The position numbers and the translations under genes are program-made. The notes under the pieces were generated by a model. The model searched no databases and was not told the origin of the DNA. It saw nothing but the letters and a program-made list of their open reading frames with translations. Shown here one piece after another: positions 56,407-64,000 of a DNA stretch of 64,000 bases (within the stretch, counting starts at the first letter, position 1; every line of letters begins with the position of its first letter). Location of the stretch: assembly GCF_009914755.1 (NCBI RefSeq), contig NC_060929.1, one strand, 5' to 3'. This DNA is from the human T2T-CHM13v2.0 reference genome, Homo sapiens.

Positions 56407-58811
56407 TTACTTATTTCCATGACAATTTAAAAATGGAGATGTTTCTATTCTATTTATACAGAAGAGCAGCAGTATATAGTCTCATAAAATGCCATTGAGA
56501 AAAAAGAGAATACAAATTCTGTCTCAACATATGGGAAATATTTTCATAACTTAAAGCCTAGTAATTTTCAAATTCTATTATGTTTGACTTTCCAGCTAAC
56601 CTTCTCTTTTTCAATGTGTTCTATAGTATAATCTTTTGCAAAACTGAATTTAAATTAATTTTATTTTGAAAATTTTCCAACATCCCTTGTTGAATTCTGA
56701 GGTACCAAATAGCCAAGATTGGAGGTTTCCAAACTAGTCTGACCCACCCACTTGTGGGTCTGTTTCTAACGTTGCTGTAGACATTTAAGGATTGTCCAAT
56801 TTTAAAAACCAATAATAACAAATCTTTGGTAATTGGTGGCAAAACTAATGCTACTATAAGATTATCAGCCCATCAGTAAAAAGTAGAGCCAGAAACCCCA
56901 CGAAGGCTTGTGTTTCTAAATGTTGCCACATAAGGCAAAATTTGATCAAAGTGCACTTTAGGATGCTCTCCAAAGAATGTTCCACTCTAACACAGCATGG
57001 TTTATAATTACAGTATTATGGGAAAAGCCAAAGAAGAAAATTGCATCTGTAGTTTTCACAACCAGTTTTTCTCTGGGTTCCAAGATAATTCAGATGGCAA
57101 AACAAATGCCCCAAGACTGAGCTGAGGGATTCGAATTTGAAAATCCTCCCTGGCTCCCAATCTTTTTTCCAGATAACAAACTTGCCCCCCGCCCACCACC
57201 ATTTCCCCCAGATATCCTACTCTGCCTCTCAGTGATTTAGTGATAAACTCTTCTCCGAAAAATATAAATTGGCAGATTACAACCAAGTAGAATAGGTATT
57301 TATGTTGCCTCTATGTTTGCCTTCATATATATTATAAACATATTGAGCTCTAAAAGTACATGGCTTTCTGCCTGGATACTCACTGTTTAGTTTACTCTGA
57401 GTTCTTGGTGGGAAACTGTTAATATTACTTAAATATTGTGATGGGTGAGTCTGTCAAGAAAAAGTCTCTAATACTCAAATCAATAAATGTCATTTATGTG
57501 CATAGCATCTGCCTCTGAAAGACAGTCTGGGGACAGGGAGAAACATGAGGGAGGAGGGGGAGGGGAGGAGCTGCAACAGGAAGCTAAATTTAAATTCAGA
57601 TTACAATGAATTCTGTTTCCTACAACTTCCATTCTCAAAAGCAGCCACATTTATAGAAAAAGAGAAGTATAATGGTCACTGTTCACAATGAGCCTAACCA
57701 TAAACAACTGGACAAACTAAAACTATGGAAACCAGTGGATCCTGAAACTTTGACATTAAAAACTCAATTTAGAAAAATTATATATATTTGAAATAGGTAA
57801 TCCTATTAGTAGACTAGATAGAGAGATGGACACTTAGGCTTTTTCCCTTCTTCTAGGAATTCAGAAACTAAATCATTTTCAACCAGTTCTCTTCTCTGAT
57901 AAGAACATTCACTCCCTCAGGGTTATAATATTTCTTAACAGAGAACACTGAAAGCACAACTGTTGAAAGAAAAGAACAGGAAAAAACGACTCATTTTTTT
58001 CTCTCCTCACTGGATCTACAGATGAAAACATCAGGAATGGGGCCATAGGGATATGCTGAAATGGCACAACATCAATGCCATATTAGCAGCAGGTGATAAA
58101 TTTTAGTTTCTTATAGCAATGCTAATTTGCTTATATATCATGTAATAATTTGGACTACTGGCCAAATTATTAAGCATAAGACCTAGATACTATGTAAGAC
58201 ATGTGGACTAGTTAACATCACAATAAAAAGATTTTAATACAGAAATCCTTGGTGTTTTATTTAAATCCATAATCTAATATATAAGTAACATCATTTGAGT
58301 GCACTTATTCTCCTTGACTTCACTTTGGAGTTTTGATGGAAATGAATTGATTTGTGAGTGTGAGTACCCTTTTTCCTCTTGGAGAAGTAGGAAAGAATAG
58401 CTAGCACCTTACCACTAGTGCTTCCCACAGCTGCCATACTGAAGTGGCATCCTGGAGACCCTTTTCCTTCTTCAAATTCTCTTTTTTTAAAAATGCAAAG
58501 TCCCCAATCTTGGCCCTCTCTTTGACCTGATAGTTATGAAATCAATGAAAACAATAATCCCACTTTACCAGCATTTTAAAAAATCACATATACAGTATTA
58601 CGTTCTACAGTGAGCATCTCATTTTGAGAAGAACAATAAAAATCAAGAATGTTTGCTTTATGATGGCCAGGATAGTAGAGGGTTTGGGAACAAAAATAAA
58701 TATATGAATAATAGTTGATAGAACTAACAGTGTCTCACTTGGAGAAGGGAAGGTTTAAAAAATGAATGAGGAGGAGAGGAACTGAAGTTTATTCTGCAAA
58801 GTTCCAGTGGG

Positions 58812-58990
58812 TGTGTAGCAGAGACTGGTTAAATGCTCAAAAAAGCCTCACTTTCCTTCCAGGAACACAGGTAAAGTATTTTTCAGCCACCCTAGCAGAA
58901 AAGTGGGGTTGTGTGATTGACTTCTGGCCAACAGAATAGGGTTCTAACAGATACCGACATTATAACCTCCCATGTGCATCTGCACATGCT
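58812..58990. mobile_element. Ancient LTR fragment (MLT1/LTR16/LTR33-like)
   Basis: TTTTCAGCCACCCT.GCAG...TGTGTGATTGACTTCTGGCCAA motif. Confidence 0.4.
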
Positions 58991-59337
58991 CCTGAGAAAT
59001 GGATTAGTAGTAGTCAGCAAATCCAACCTTCGCTCTTGCTCTACTTCTGACACACTTCTTCCTGAATCTTCCTTTATGGAATATTTCTGTAGTCTCTACT
59101 TTCTCTTACTCTCTGAGCCTTTGCTCACCTCTTTAAACATCTTTTTATGCCTTTTGTACAAGTATGTTCCCTTTCTAGCCAAACAAGAAATTCTGCAAGT
59201 GGGGGATAATCATTCCATGTGCTCTCCTGTGTTCCCACCAGCATACCTCGTAACATTCCCCATACATAGGAAATATGAAGGTTCACACTTAGGCAATTTT
59301 TATTAGCTAATCTGAGTCCAACTCATTAAAATAAGTC

Positions 59338-62792
<3,455 letters not shown>

Positions 62793-62796
62793 TGAT

Positions 62797-64000
<1,204 letters not shown>

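Noticed and set aside
57548-57570. G-rich tract GAGGGAGGAGGGGGAGGGGAGGAG
   Set aside because: Only three G3+ tracts; low-complexity polypurine

Overview
Human (primate) genomic DNA: AT-rich, no CpG island, and dense in transposable elements. An AluYb8-type element at 52682 indicates human origin. No protein-coding exon could be supported; the listed ORFs are Alu/L1-derived or chance ORFs, so the window reads as a large intron or intergenic region. It contains Alus (J, S, Yg6-like, Yb8), L1 fragments of many ages, L2/MIR, LTRs (MER57, THE1, MLT1) and DNA transposons (Tigger3, MER5, MER20, MADE1). Highlights: (1) a full-length U6 snRNA copy fused 5' of a long L1 inside one target-site duplication (U6/L1 chimera, 47698-52481); (2) a 183-bp non-tandem duplication (2391-2573 / 3491-3673) whose hairpin shows pairing-preserving and compensatory substitutions and an H/ACA-like layout; (3) further local templated duplications and fold-backs; (4) an NF-kB/ETS-IRF/CCAAT/TATA/G4 motif cluster at 10.2-11.6 kb; (5) several minus-strand non-coding exon candidates. 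Repeat subfamily names come from my recall of consensus sequences and were not verified by any search.
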